Shown here: positions 51,801-64,000 of the stretch, one piece after another | Position numbering within the stretch: position 1 is the stretch's first letter | Layout of the letters: each line of letters begins with the position of its first letter | Source: Styela clava | Taxonomy: Eukaryota | Assembly (NCBI RefSeq): GCF_964204865.1 | Contig: NC_135256.1 | Span: 8,990,001 to 9,054,000 of the forward strand | Direction of reading: 5' to 3' | Length of the DNA stretch: 64,000 nt | Notes under the pieces: generated by a model | What the model was told of the DNA's origin: nothing | What the model saw: the letters and a program-made list of their open reading frames with translations, nothing else | Database searches by the model: none | Translations under genes and position numbers: made by a program

Positions 51801-54799
51801 GTTACCAGTCCATGTCGGGTATGGCATTAATTAGCCAGTTATTTTGTTTCAGATGCATGGACTTGGCTAGTACTTTGAATATTTCTGACAGATTTTTCTT
51901 TCGTTGAGGGGAAAAGGATTTATAGTGGAAGAATTCAAATCATACTTAACTACCATGTTTTAAAAATAACATAATTTGTTTTTAAACACTCATATTCAAC
52001 AAGGCTTTATGCAAATTGTCACTAAGATTGGGAAAAACAGAATTTTCACTTATCTGATTACAACGGCTAATTTTATTCCTCATGGGAGTGACCAATGCTT
52101 AGGCATAGATTTAACCAACGGACACTTATGTTTGCACCTATGGTTGTAGTCAATCTCATTCCTTTTCATTCTGAACAGATACCCTGACACACCAACGGAA
52201 GGTCTATCAAAACGATTAAGAACGAGTGGTGGTTTGGATGATTGTGCTGAGAGAATGGAGAATTCAAATATAAGAAAAAAAGAAAAGAAACAAGTTGTTC
52301 AGTTTGCAAAATCAAGTCAACCTTCAGTTGAAAAAACGAGTAAAACAACCTCTAAAGTGAGTATGGTAGATATTGTGTATTTTGTGTTTGTTCCAAAACC
52401 CATTGCAATTATTTACTTCGGTAAAGCAATGACCTCATTTCACCTTTTTGGTGGTAGTGAGGAAACCAATTGGATAAAAATTTTGCATTTTTAATAAACA
52501 AACCAGAATTATATTATGAATAAACCTAATTTTAACAATCACTGTCACTCAAAACAATGCTATGTAGGTCTGGTATATTATTATTACTGCTATAAATAAG
52601 CCATTGCTAGACATCTGAATTTTTATATCCTTTTTCATCTTGACTTGCATTTTCTGTGACAGTTTTTAACTAATTATACTTATACTACATGCATATTGAT
52701 GATATAGTGACTTTGTTTTATTGATATGTCTGTGTACTTAAAAATGAATACGAGTTGGATACAGATTCTTCTATTATCAAATCCATGCATCTGTAAAGAA
52801 CAACTGGTTAACTACTTTATACCTAACATGGGTTGATAATCAAACGAGAAACCATATATGCTCCCATATTCCCTATGCTTGAGCTATCTTATTGGATTTC
52901 CTCTCCTCCAGAATAAATTAAAAAATTGTATTTTATATGATTATTTCATCTCGTCAACATACCTCTAGTGAGTATGAAGTACGAAAAATCCTGTCCTAAT
53001 TTTTTTTTTTATTCAGGCCCCAAAAGTTGAAAGAGTGGAGCGCAAAACTACTGTAAAGCCTGGAAAAACTGTTCAACTACCAAATAAAATTAATCAAGTA
53101 AAACAGGTTGTCCGGGTAGAACAAGTCGATACAAGAGAAAGATATCCTGAACGCAAACAACAACAACATTATCCTGACAGAAAACAGCAATATTATCAAG
53201 ATAGTCATCAACAACAACAAGAAAACATCTGGGAAGGAACAAAAACATTCACACCATATTCAGAGATAACTGCTGTGTCAGGTAAGCGTGCTTGGCTTTG
53301 AACTTGTTTCAGGTTGGGATGATGATGTTCGAACATAAACTTCATGATAGCTCATTAAACTGGCATGGCCAAAATAGTAATACAGGGTGACCCTAAAAAA
53401 CAAAACCCATAAATTTTTTGATTACATTTACGGAAATTTATATAACGATGTAACATCTGTTTGAATGTGGTTGTATCCAGGTATCACTTATATTATATAG
53501 GCATCCGGAGCAATGGGTTAAAAAAGGTAATAAAACTCACTTTACCACAGTGATGCATACTTTTCTGGATTACAGATTTCTACATCAATAGAGTTTTGCA
53601 TGTTAAAGACTTGATATTTATCTACAGCTTGGTAACAAACTAATTTTTATGTCGCAGAATCTGACTTCATAGGAATTACTACATCAAAAACTTGAAAGTT
53701 TAATTAGCAAAATTTTGAATTGATAGTATCAAATTCTGTTTTTCATGAGAATTTTCTCAAAGTAAAGTTATTGTCACTCACTCGAAAGTAAACGAGACTG
53801 ATCTCTGGGTAAGGGAACGGGTAGCATTTAAAATCCAATGCTACTGAAAATATATACATTGGTGTTGGTGCATTGCGCACTTTTAAATGTTGATTCCGAG
53901 ATAATCAACATTTCATTCATTGAAATAGTCGTATAGCTAAATATAGTTACCGTGGGAGGTTGTAAAATGTTTATATTTATCTTCAGAGCGACCAGGAAGA
54001 GGAACACCATGGAATTACAGCACAAATCTTGAAAGTGATCCAATAACTAATATCAAATGTAAAGATACCATAGCACTCAGTATTCATCCAGATGAAATGG
54101 AAAAACTTCTACCCCAACATGCAAATTTAACTGTAATGGTAGGTTGAAAGTTTTCCAATACTATATCTATATCTAAATGATTGGGAAGATATGAACTTGA
54201 AATTTAGGAAAATAATATGGGAATATCCCTATGGAAATAAATTTTTAATTAATTGAATATTTTTTGATATCCAACAGTCTGATTTTCAGTTCAGTAATGT
54301 TCCCACTTATCAACAAAATCTATGCATGTTCAAGGTTATGAAATGTGCAAATAAATGTTTTGCGTTCAAACAATTTCAGCTGGATATTGCCCGAAAACCA
54401 AAGATAAAGATGACTATGCCAGGTGGACGAATAAAGAGTGCTGAAATCAGGATGCCCCACCTTCCTTCTAATGTTATCAGTGATGAATTATCAGGAATTG
54501 CTTCGGACAGAATTCGGATCCCACAAGAATTCAAAGCTGTACATGTTTACGATCTCAAAAAGAAAAGACAGCCTGATAAACAACTACGACCGAAAAATGA
54601 AATTGGAATGCATTTAAGCGTTTTTGGAGATCCTCGAATTTTAAGAAAATCTATGTCGTCAAACGTTTATGATACCAGATCACCATCGTCAACAATATCT
54701 CTAAGGAATGATAATTTGCCAACTATTTCAATGAAGAATTACAATAGAACACTCGATGCCTTGCACAGGATGAATCCACCTCATGCATTTTTAGCTTAA
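48819..54799 (+). CDS. ANKRD53: Ankyrin repeat domain-containing protein 53-like
   Basis: Exons: 48819-48995 (EFMAASIGDVEWL..FDKN), 49880-50079 (GLAPIHLAALHGRL..GWTPLHL), 50412-50645 (TPSHQAASEG..LPLDLARLWSHKNCARII..MWK), 51264-51416, 52179-52356, 53017-53281, 53987-54138 (WNYSTN), 54380-54799. All GT-AG and in phase; motifs match my recollection of ANKRD53. Confidence 0.85.
49301..49644 (+). mobile_element. tRNA-derived SINE, near full length, in ANKRD53 intron 1
   Basis: A box TGGCTCAACGGG (49308), B box GGTTCGAATCC (49377), non-tRNA body and (ATCCCT)n tail. Further copies at 51715-51866 and 62512-62760. Confidence 0.88.
51715..51866 (-). mobile_element. 5'-truncated copy of the same SINE
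   Basis: The reverse complement matches about 49483-49640 (CCAAGTCCATG..CCCGAC.TGGA.TGGTAACCGGACGAG..TATGTAAATCCTATCC). Confidence 0.8.
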
Positions 54800-56849
54800 T
54801 ATCGTCTTTCTGCTATGCACAATTCTTATTTCAAACAAAATTAAATATATTTTTTCACCAAAGTTTCCAGTTTCACCAAAGCTTCTCATCTTGCCTAAAC
54901 GTGTTATCTAATAATTTAAATCAAGAAAAATATTTATTTGTGTTTTCATTGCCAATTTCGAGTTTGTTACAAAATTGTTTTAATTTGTTTCCAATCCACT
55001 TTAGTAAATTTCTCGGTCAGTTACTGTATTTGTGATGCATGCTTCCTAAAAATTCATCCACTCGTGTATTGCATGAAATGCCATAATCAGTGGTATTTTA
55101 ATGTCCTGTAGCATATGAACTTGCTAGGCACAAGAAATTTGATTGCAGGCCTCGATTATCTGTCTGCTTTTTCTTACAGTATGAGGAAAAGCTTGATTTG
55201 CTAGTCTGTTAGATAAAAATACTTGAATGGTTCTTAGGCTACCAAGTAACAGCTTGAGGTAGATTTAAATAAGTCTTTCCAAATTTTGAATACCTACTGT
55301 TTAGTGTATTAGTAGTTATTCTGCAACATATAGAAAAAAAAAATAAAGACCAGACTGCTCCAAACTGTTCTGATATTACTAAAAGGCCAGCCCTAGCCTT
55401 AAATCTTCATTTTTTTACTAGCCTCCCATGACCATATTTTTATTGTGCTTTAGCAATTGCATGTTTTGCTTCAAATGTTTTATTATTGATAAATCTAACT
55501 TTTGTAAAAAATTATGAAGCTACTGTAGACCTTTGTTGTGTTTCCACTGTCAAAAAGTATTTTTGTTCTGTATTATATATATGGTGTGAAAGCTTTTGTG
55601 CTCTATTCAGATCTCGAAGATAAGGATATATGATGGAGATCTTTCAAATATTAGAGCCTTTCATACATTTGAAAAATTCAGTCCTAAAGGATGACAAAGG
55701 TCTGCCAAGATTGCAAAAGGATCGTCATCAATATCATAAAGGCATGGTATTCAGGTACATGGTTCGGCATTTAATATAGCCTTAGTTTCCTTTCTTCTTG
55801 CTGGGATAAATATGAGAATCTTGTTGAATTTTCTATGGCAGGTAGTCACACACAAAGAGCAGACATATACAAACAAATCCAAAACTGAAAACCAAAGTTT
55901 TTTAATGTGGCAAAATTTAGAACGTTGAATAGTACATTATACTTGTTTAGTCTGCAATTGCTGGTCAACCTGTATGACAGCCCACACAACAAGTCAACTT
56001 ATCTTTAACTAAAATCCAAATTTCATATACTTGACAGTTGACAGATTAGATTTTGTAGAATTATATAAATCAAAAAAATTCAAAGTACCTTAATTTATTG
56101 AGAAAAGATTAACATTGCACAATAATAAGCAAAAATAATATTTACATAATTTGAAAGATGAGTCAGATGTAAAATGAATTATCATATGAGGCTAAATTTT
56201 TATGTTTGTTTTACACATTCTCAGCATATTATTATATAGTGTGGCCAATATTGATATCCTAACAAAAAAGCAATCATGGCAAATGATTCGAATAAAACTT
56301 AGTTAATGAATGATTAGTAGTGACTAGCGAGTATATTACATGGCCCCTTTTTCAAATATATTCTATAACAATAGTTTTTTTAACAAAAAATCGGCATCAT
56401 CCACATTTCATAACAATAGGGTGTAGTGTTCAAATACATACTAGGGACTCAATGTCAGAAAATTTCCAGCTAAATCATACTGAATGTCATATGAAATTGT
56501 GCTCATAAATTACAAAAACACGCAAAATTTTGGCAGCAAAAAAAGTTATTATATCTTATCGAAAGTCTATATTCTATGCAACTCTATACAACTTATATTC
56601 AACATTAATCACACCCTATGTGTAACATGAGTAGGGCAAATTGAAAAGACTATCGATTCAATTATGTGATACCATTAACTATTTTCCTCTATACGTTTGC
56701 GCTTAGGAATCTGTATGCAAGAGTACTGTAACAAGAATAAAGATGACTATTTTATGTTGCAAGAGTTTTGATCCACACTACACAGATGCATTGCAGTCTG
56801 ACAACTTTCATAGAACTTGAAAATACGTATTATCCCATCTTACACATGA

Positions 56850-59800
56850 TCAACCAACTTTCTCATAGTCATCTGAATTACTACTTGGTGACGATATCAT
56901 TACTCCACTTGAAGTGCTAGAGTTTGTGTCATCACTTGCTGCTTCATTCATTTCATTTTTATCAGTCTCTCCTGCTTGTGCAGAATGTATTGTAACCAAC
57001 TCCCCTTCGCATCCAAGCTGTTGAAGGAATCGTGCATACTCAGAATGAATTGACTCAATTAGGGGTTGTGATGGTATTGTTAAGGACAATATTATTTCGC
57101 TAATTACATTCTTCAAGTGTAAATATTACGATTCCTGGTTAAAAAAAAAATTTACTATATTGATTATGAAAGACTTTACATAGTATGTTCAATTCCTCAG
57201 TTGCAGCCAATCGAAACCTGATCTCATTTTCAAGATCATTGAAGCAAAAATTCTAATTCTTTTGGCATAACAGGTCGTAAGACATTTTTGTACACATTCA
57301 GCAAAACACATCAGCAAAAAGACGCTTAATGATATATCGGCACACAACGTCAAAGGCAAGACCCCATAACCTAGCTTGTACTGAGCCTTACCATGAGTTA
57401 AAGGCATATAAATCGTCTCGTAATAAAAATAAAAAAAGAAAGAGGATCATGTGAACCCTCATGGTCATGATATGGTCATTGCTGCTTGATGCCATCTCGC
57501 ATCATTTAAAGCTATGTATGGCATCAAATACTGCTATCAGTTACAGGAGATTGTAAACCATGTTTAATAATTTAAAAAAACAAAGCATTTAATTGAAAAA
57601 GGATATTGAGTTTCTCATCATCTTCGATTACATTGAGTTCATGACAAATTTGTGCAAACATTGCCGCTCTATCAAAATATCGCATTCTGTAAAACATAAA
57701 ATCATTGATAAATTCAGGGCTGTAGAATTAGGGTCTGTGTTTGGCATGCTTTCATTGATATTGGAGTCGGGGTGGTTTCTTCAAGATTCCTAGGTTCATG
57801 AGTTGAATATTCTGTCTTCGAATTTTAGACAAAAAATGAAAAAGAATTAGGTTGACGGAGCATTATTACCGAATAATTAAAGATGGCTGGCATTTATGAT
57901 CAAAATTTGGTTTTCTCAGAGTTGGGAGCCCGAGTTCTGTGTTGTTTTAGGAGTGGTTAGGTATTTTAATTCGGGTTTAGATGTTTCTACGACTCCACAG
58001 CCGCAGAGAGAATCATATAAATATGAGTGAAATTTATTGGTCTTGAATAAAACACATAAACTTACTGATAAAATGTTTCCAAAACCCTCGAAAACTTTCT
58101 CAGAGATAAATATACAAGGATTGCCTTTGACTTGTTGTTGACCTGAAACATAGTTAAAAATATAATATTTAGTGAACTACAAGCTATTTTACTCTCTCCA
58201 CTTTATGTCCCTCTCTGAATTCATATTTATTCATTACTATTTATTAATTTATATATGGTCAATCATAACTCTGAAAAATGAATATAAAATCATATATTGA
58301 TAGATGTTTACCAGGATGGGGTAATTGGCAACACCGTTAACTCTAATTTGGGTTTGATTTTACAAAAGCGTTCCTAGATATTCTAAGACTTGTCAAGTTG
58401 GGAAAATTTACACAAACCATCCTACATGGAGATTTGTACTCCACTCTTGCAAGTAATGACCCCCCACAGATTTCAGGGTACAACCTCTACATAGCATAAT
58501 CAGAGGTTCACACATGCCTAATTAGCTAGGTAATGAAACTCTTGAGCCATAGGGCAGAGGTAATTCAAATTTCTACAACGGTAAAAACAACAAATTTCTG
58601 TGAATTGTTTTTATAAAAGAGTTATATAATAATAAAGATGTGTGTTATTCAATTCACAATACATCTACACAAAGAAGTTTGGTGCATCTTAAATATCTCA
58701 TAAAAAAACACACAACTCACTCTGGGTGAACATAAATGATTTGCCCATCTGATCATAATTTCTTCGTATTCAGTTCCAGTCAATCGAATCTTTGCCAACC
58801 ATACAGCTAGTTCCCATTGTCCATGACTAGCCAGATATCGACAAGCATCAAGCGATTTGTTTATCATGCATAGAAGCTCAACTCCCTCTAGAAATAAATG
58901 TTTATAATATCTTATATCTCCTGATTATTATCCAGGAGAAGACAAAAACTGATAAGAAAATTTAATTATATGATGAATCACATCTTCCCATCAAGTTGAC
59001 AGCCTAGGAGTCAATGGTTAAAACAAATGAAATTTGAAAGATTTGGAACCAGTGCTGAGACCTACGATCACTGAAATAGAGCCATGATTGGATCGTTTGT
59101 GTGAGAATATGCAAGCACATCGGTCTCTTTAAAGGTATTGTCAATTCTAGTATTTTTTTTTCAAATTTTCTGTATTATTACATTTTACTTAATTTTTATT
59201 TTAGTTCCTGAGGGTCTCGAAAAAACTTGGCCGGAAGTTTGAATAATCTATAGTGTAATAATTAGACAGGCTATTCTAATTCACAAAGACTGCTGCCTTC
59301 ACAATAACACAGTGACCACATGCTTATCTGAAAATATTAGCACGAAGACTACAGCTAACCAGATTCAAAAAATGATGAAGAAGGTCTGTCAGATGACTAG
59401 TTGTTAGATGAATTGCATTCAATTTTTTCCCAAAATCACTAGCGGTCAGAACTAGCCAAATTTTTTCAAAATTAATGCTAATATATAAGTGCGACTGATT
59501 CGAATATTCGATCGTGTTACTAGGTAAACATTAGGTAAATGTACACACATTATAAAATATTCTGTCATGATTTACCAACATGCTGTGATTTGTATTGAAG
59601 AAAGTATATGTGTTGAGAGTTTAAAAAATGCATGGAAGCTTTGATATATTCCGAACATAAAACCCTGAAAATAAATTGTTTTACTTCATTCAAAATGATG
59701 AAGTAAACTAACCTTGTAGCCTTCCGTTAGCAATCAGATTAGTAGAAACAAGCTTGACACTACTCTGTGATGACTCCGGATTACATTTTAATGAAGCAAG

Positions 59801-62800
59801 AAGACATGACTTCAAACAATCCTCATAATAACTACTGCTTGTAGGTTCCGTCTCCAAACTAAGATTAATCGCTTTGTCAACCTAATAGAGAATTTAATAG
59901 GTAGCAGGGAAACGTGAAAATTGATCACAATATTATCTTCAGATATTTGATATTCTCTAGTAAGCACTGTAAGTTGGCTAATTTGTACGGTGCTATCTGT
60001 CAATACCAGTAGTTTAAAAACTCTAAAATTACAAACTTTTTTAATTAGATGTTGCATGTCGCTGTTCCATAACCGGATTTGGTTCCCACCAACTTCCCTT
60101 CCCCCAGTAAAACTGTGTAAATATCATTTTCTCATAATTTGTGTTCAAGTGAATTTTTTACTGGTTGGAAAAAATGAACTTGACTTGGACCTGGACAAAC
60201 ATTGGTTCTTACCTGGCCAAACAGAACGAGATTCTCAATACATTTCTTTGTATGTCCTGGTGAATTTCTCAAAAGTCCATGTCTGTATGAACGTTGAAGT
60301 TCATTCAATCGAAATATTTCACAATCACATAAAGTGTCCAGATTTGTGTCAGTGACCATTGGTTTGTCAGGTTCAATGTTTTTGTTTGTTGCATAATATG
60401 AAAACGTTTCCCATAAATGTATCTCAGATTCATCTCCAAATATTCTTCAAAAAAAGACATGAAAAATTAAACAAGAGTACAATGCTCAAATATATGTGCA
60501 TGAAAGTGGTCCTAAAAAAATTTTCCTGTTAATTTAAGAAAAGCAATATTTTTAAGTACTTAATATTCAAATAAATCTGTACATGAGCTGTGAGGATTTG
60601 GAAGAAATCTTTGTCTAATTATTGACTTGATAAGTGGGAGTTAAAAATAATCTCTTTGGCAAATACTCAGGAACAATCTATGAGCATAGCATCTATATAT
60701 CAATTACAATGACAAGTTTTTGCCTTTTCAAAAATGTTCATCGAGCAAAATCGACATTTTATATATCACTACGTTTATTTAGAGAATAATTATTAAGTTA
60801 GAGCAATTGGAGTGTCAGTTATCTAATATCAGTGCTTGAACTATACCTAATTCACAAAAAACGTTTTGTTTCAGTTGAAAATATGGAAGACATTAGACAT
60901 CAAATAATATTTGTCTAATTTGCAGTATCACTATATAAAAAGTACAATACTGCACATGGATATATCTTTATTTCAACTTTTTGTCAGAGAATATTGAACT
61001 GGTTTGTGGAGTTTTAAGATTAAAAGACAAATCTCCCAAAGTGATGCAGCTGGGTTTTGTATTCACCTGGCGACAGCTGTACATCTTGCTAGTGTGTTTT
61101 TGTTTTTCAAAATAAACTCTTTCATATTGGCAGGTAGAGCATTTATTGCATTTTGTATGACAGCTTTGTATCCAAAGTCATCACCCAATGATTCAACACT
61201 GAAAATGAATATAAAATCAAGAATAATTCAATTTTTTTTTATCAGAAAAAATTGACTTCTATGTGAACTTCACTGAACATGAACCCATTTTTGATATATT
61301 TCATATTCAAAAATTATATTTTGGTGTATTCAGAAGTTTATTCAGTTTTGAACATGACAAACACGTCATGCTTTTCAATTTAACCCACAATACCATAGGA
61401 ATAGTCTGTATATACATGAAAACACCAGAAATGCAAATGAATACACTTGATTGCCCGATGTCTGAGTGGTTGAGAACAGTTAATTTAACTATGGTGACAC
61501 TCCTTACTTAACAGTAGCTGCTAATAAAAAGCCAAGTTCGGAATGAAAATCCTGAAAAAATATGCAAAAAAAATCTTGTTTTGTTGCTACATACCTCAAC
61601 TTTCCATGTTGTAATAAGGCTTTCATAATCAGCGCTGGCTTTGTTGGTAAAAGATAAGGACATGATAATGATTTCCAGTAATAAAGTTCTGCTGTTGGTA
61701 GGTTAGGTGGTGGTAGAGTCAGAGCAGAATCCATAATTAATATTTGTCCATTTTCACATGATAAAACTAGTTTATCCGATGCACACCAATCCACGTCTAT
61801 GATTTTCGGCAACTAGAAATTTAGGAAAAATAAAAAAGAATAAAAAGACTGGATAAGAGATTTTTTTAAGGGAATACGATGAAAGCAAGGTCTTGCCCAC
61901 TAACTCAAGACTCATTTCTGAGTAAAGTTATGGACAACCACTAAAATATCACATTCAGTTTACACTTTTTTTCCAATTTTGATCAAAAAGGGTGGAAGTT
62001 CTTCGTAGCATAACAACGAACCACCCCTAAAACTTAATTCTTTCTTTATTGATTGATTTCAGGCTAGGGCTAATGGCTGATGCATTGTACTATGAGTTTT
62101 GGGCATACTCACTAATGCAATGCCTTGTCATCTGCATAACAGATAGCTCAGATATGTGATGAGCTATTATTTTTGGAAAAAACATAGAATCTTTCTAGTT
62201 CAGCAACAATTACACTGTAATCAACACTATTACATTATATTATAGAACAGAATCATAAAGCAAAACCTGTTTTGGTGTCTTGACAGCACTGACTGCGATC
62301 CCATCATCAGCATCCCAGATTTCTAATCCATCTTCAAACAAAACAAGTGAATTTAAATTTCCTTTTCCTGGTCCAAACCTTACTTTTTTCACCCAACCCC
62401 TGTGTGTAGGTATTCCTCTGTGAGAAAAAGAATTTAAAGTCAATGATCCTTATCTACAAAGAAGTGTTTACCTTAAGCATGCGTTCACCTAAAATGTTCC
62501 ACTATCTTTTTCGAGCAAGAATACGTTCGCTACCGCATCTCTGAGAACTATGTTGCATTGTGTGGGGGTTATTATGTGCGAGCGAATTGCTGGAATGCTC
62601 ACCACCATAGGGTGGTTCACGTGCCACTGGTAGGTTACGGCTTCCTCCACCATCAAGTCCATGTATCTGAAACGAATAATCCCATGCCCGATGTGGACTG
62701 GTAATGGGAATAGAGGCTGTGGCCATTTATCCCCAGGAATGAATATGTGAATCCTATCCTAAAGTCTAATATTTATTTTTTAACAGGACATATTGTGATG

Positions 62801-62996
62801 ACATGCCCTAATAGCTTGTCTTAAAATTAAATGATATATTTAGAAATAAATCTTTGCATACTTTGATAATTTAGTCTTCAGATTCCAAATACTAACTGTT
62901 CCATCTGTGTCTCCCATAAAAATATGATCATGCTTCCAAGATATACAAGTAGTTGTCGAATTTCTTTCACTTATATGTGGAATTCTGGATCCTTGC
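56850..62996 (-). CDS. WDR11: WD repeat-containing protein 11, 3' exons (5' part lies beyond the window end)
   Basis: Exons: 62996-62862 (TCISWK..GDTDG..WNLK), 62417-62267 (GIPTHRGWVKKVRFGPGKGN), 61812-61595 (DVDWCASDKLVL), 61198-61067, 60444-60213 (IFGDESE..W), 59881-59713, 58887-58721 (DACRYL..WLAKIRL..RWANHLCSP), 58142-58066, 57686-57607 (MRYFDRAAMF), 57067-56850 (EYARFL). Confidence 0.95.
57068..57606 (-). other. U12-type (minor spliceosome) AT-AC intron, last intron of WDR11
   Basis: 5' end ATATCCTTT from 57606; branch site TCCTTAAC 57086-57079; 3' end CAC at 57068, 11 nt after the branch motif. Splicing restores the frame (..DDEKL-K-PLIESIHSEYAR). Confidence 0.93.
57716..58005. mobile_element. 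Degraded hAT-like MITE (GGAGTCG-repeat type)
   Basis: CAGGGCTGTAGAATT ... GACTCCACAGCCG imperfect TIRs with internal GGAGTC motifs. Similar relics at about 38020-38275 and 51465-51660. Confidence 0.5.
62512..62760 (+). mobile_element. Degraded copy of the same SINE in a WDR11 intron
   Basis: Shares GAATACG.TCGC.ACCGCA, GGGTGGTTCACGT, GGTTACGGCTTCCTCCACCA.CAAGTCCATG and the ATCCTATCC tail. Confidence 0.82.
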
Positions 62997-63289
62997 CTAA
63001 AAATAAAATTAAAGTTTAGTTCAAAAATACTAAATACGATTTACAAACAGAAAAGTTAATCAATTGCAATCACAAAGCTCATATTTAGAGATTAGAATAC
63101 TCGGCTATCAAGTTTATTTTTTGATAATACTGAAAATACACACGGTACATACAGAACAAATTAAAAAAAAATGCATTACAAAGTGAAAGGAGACTGAATA
63201 AACGAGAATTCAAAAAGAAATCTTATTTATAGTATTTTATGTGGCATTCTTCAAACATTCACTCTGAACAAGGCTTAGTAGAAACAGTC

Positions 63290-63460
63290 ACTAGAATGTG
63301 GTGTACTAGTAATTTTGGAAATATTGGAATCACTACCGTTCATAACTGCCCAATTTATCACACCCTGGATGAGGTTGTTTGTGGGGATAGGATTTGAACC
63401 GGAGAACTTCAGCTTGGGAACCTACCATACCTAGATCTAACGCTCTAACCAATAAACTAT
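63290..63460 (-). mobile_element. Second, degraded tRNA-derived SINE family
   Basis: On the minus strand, A-box-like TAGTTTATTGGTTAGAGCG and B box GGTTCAAATCC. A weakly similar relic lies at about 46660-46750. Confidence 0.5.
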
Positions 63461-64000
63461 TGTTCTCTTAAGTTTTTTCATCACTACCCACTTAGCATGT
63501 CAAATTTTTTCCCAGGCCCCAGCATGAGGTAAATACACAAGAATAATACAGATAAGAACAGAAGAAAAAAAAATGTAATGTCACATACACCTTCTAAGAA
63601 CTATATAAAAAATAAAAAAATTGCGACACAAATTATCACATACATACATGCCCAATCAAAAATTATGTTTCACCGAGCATGATATACACAAAATTCACAA
63701 AAATAAACATATATTGTTGACAAAATAACCTCGCAGGCCGCAGCAGAGATGATCGAAACTTAAATCAAAGTGATTGTTGCCTCTCAACAAACATATGAAG
63801 TAAAATTTAGTGAAAGGACTTCATTTGAATGTAAAAGGTCTAGAATGCTTCGCAATCTTTTCATACTTAGAGACGTGGAAAGTGGAGAAAATGGCTTTGA
63901 AACATGGTGTTTATGCATAAAATGGCATGTGAATGACGATATATTTACCCCCTTTCTTTGGGCAATGGTTGCAAAAGTATTTCATGTGAGAATTCAATGA

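Noticed and set aside
52625-52633. ATATCCTTT as a second U12 donor in ANKRD53
   Set aside because: It lies inside a phase-consistent GT-AG intron, with no adjoining exon or matching branch site found.
57068-57116. N-terminal part of ORF 56850-57116 as coding sequence
   Set aside because: It is the U12 branch-point region. The exon starts at 57067.
63770-64000. Edge ORF as a gene or WDR11 exon
   Set aside because: No recognisable motif on either strand. Probably intronic, possibly repeat-derived.

Overview
AT-rich, intron-containing eukaryotic DNA, most likely an ascidian/tunicate (inferred from compact GT-AG introns, a retained U12 intron, gene content and MITE landscape; not proven). Most short ORFs in the track are single exons, antisense frames or transposon sequence, so I rebuilt gene models by hand from splice sites and reading-frame phase. 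Bases 1-34,000 hold a minus-strand tandem cluster of five trypsin-like (S1A) protease genes. These are a partial gene P1, three close paralogues A (frameshifted), B and C with Ser/Thr stalks and GPI-type hydrophobic tails, and gene D (protease-CUB-stalk-GPI-type tail). The duplication junctions and many transposon insertions can be read directly against empty paralogous sites. Next come an atypical secreted C-type-lectin-like gene (37.5-39.3 kb), nocturnin (minus) head-to-head with ANKRD53 (plus), and the 3' half of WDR11 (minus), whose last intron is a U12 AT-AC intron. The best leads are: a MITE whose target-site duplication copied a splice donor in gene C; a probable non-canonical Cys90-Cys104 disulfide in protease D; a possibly dual-frame first coding exon of nocturnin; and the chimeric origin of copy B. 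I see no autonomous transposase, CRISPR array or prokaryotic system. I cannot establish novelty without database searches.
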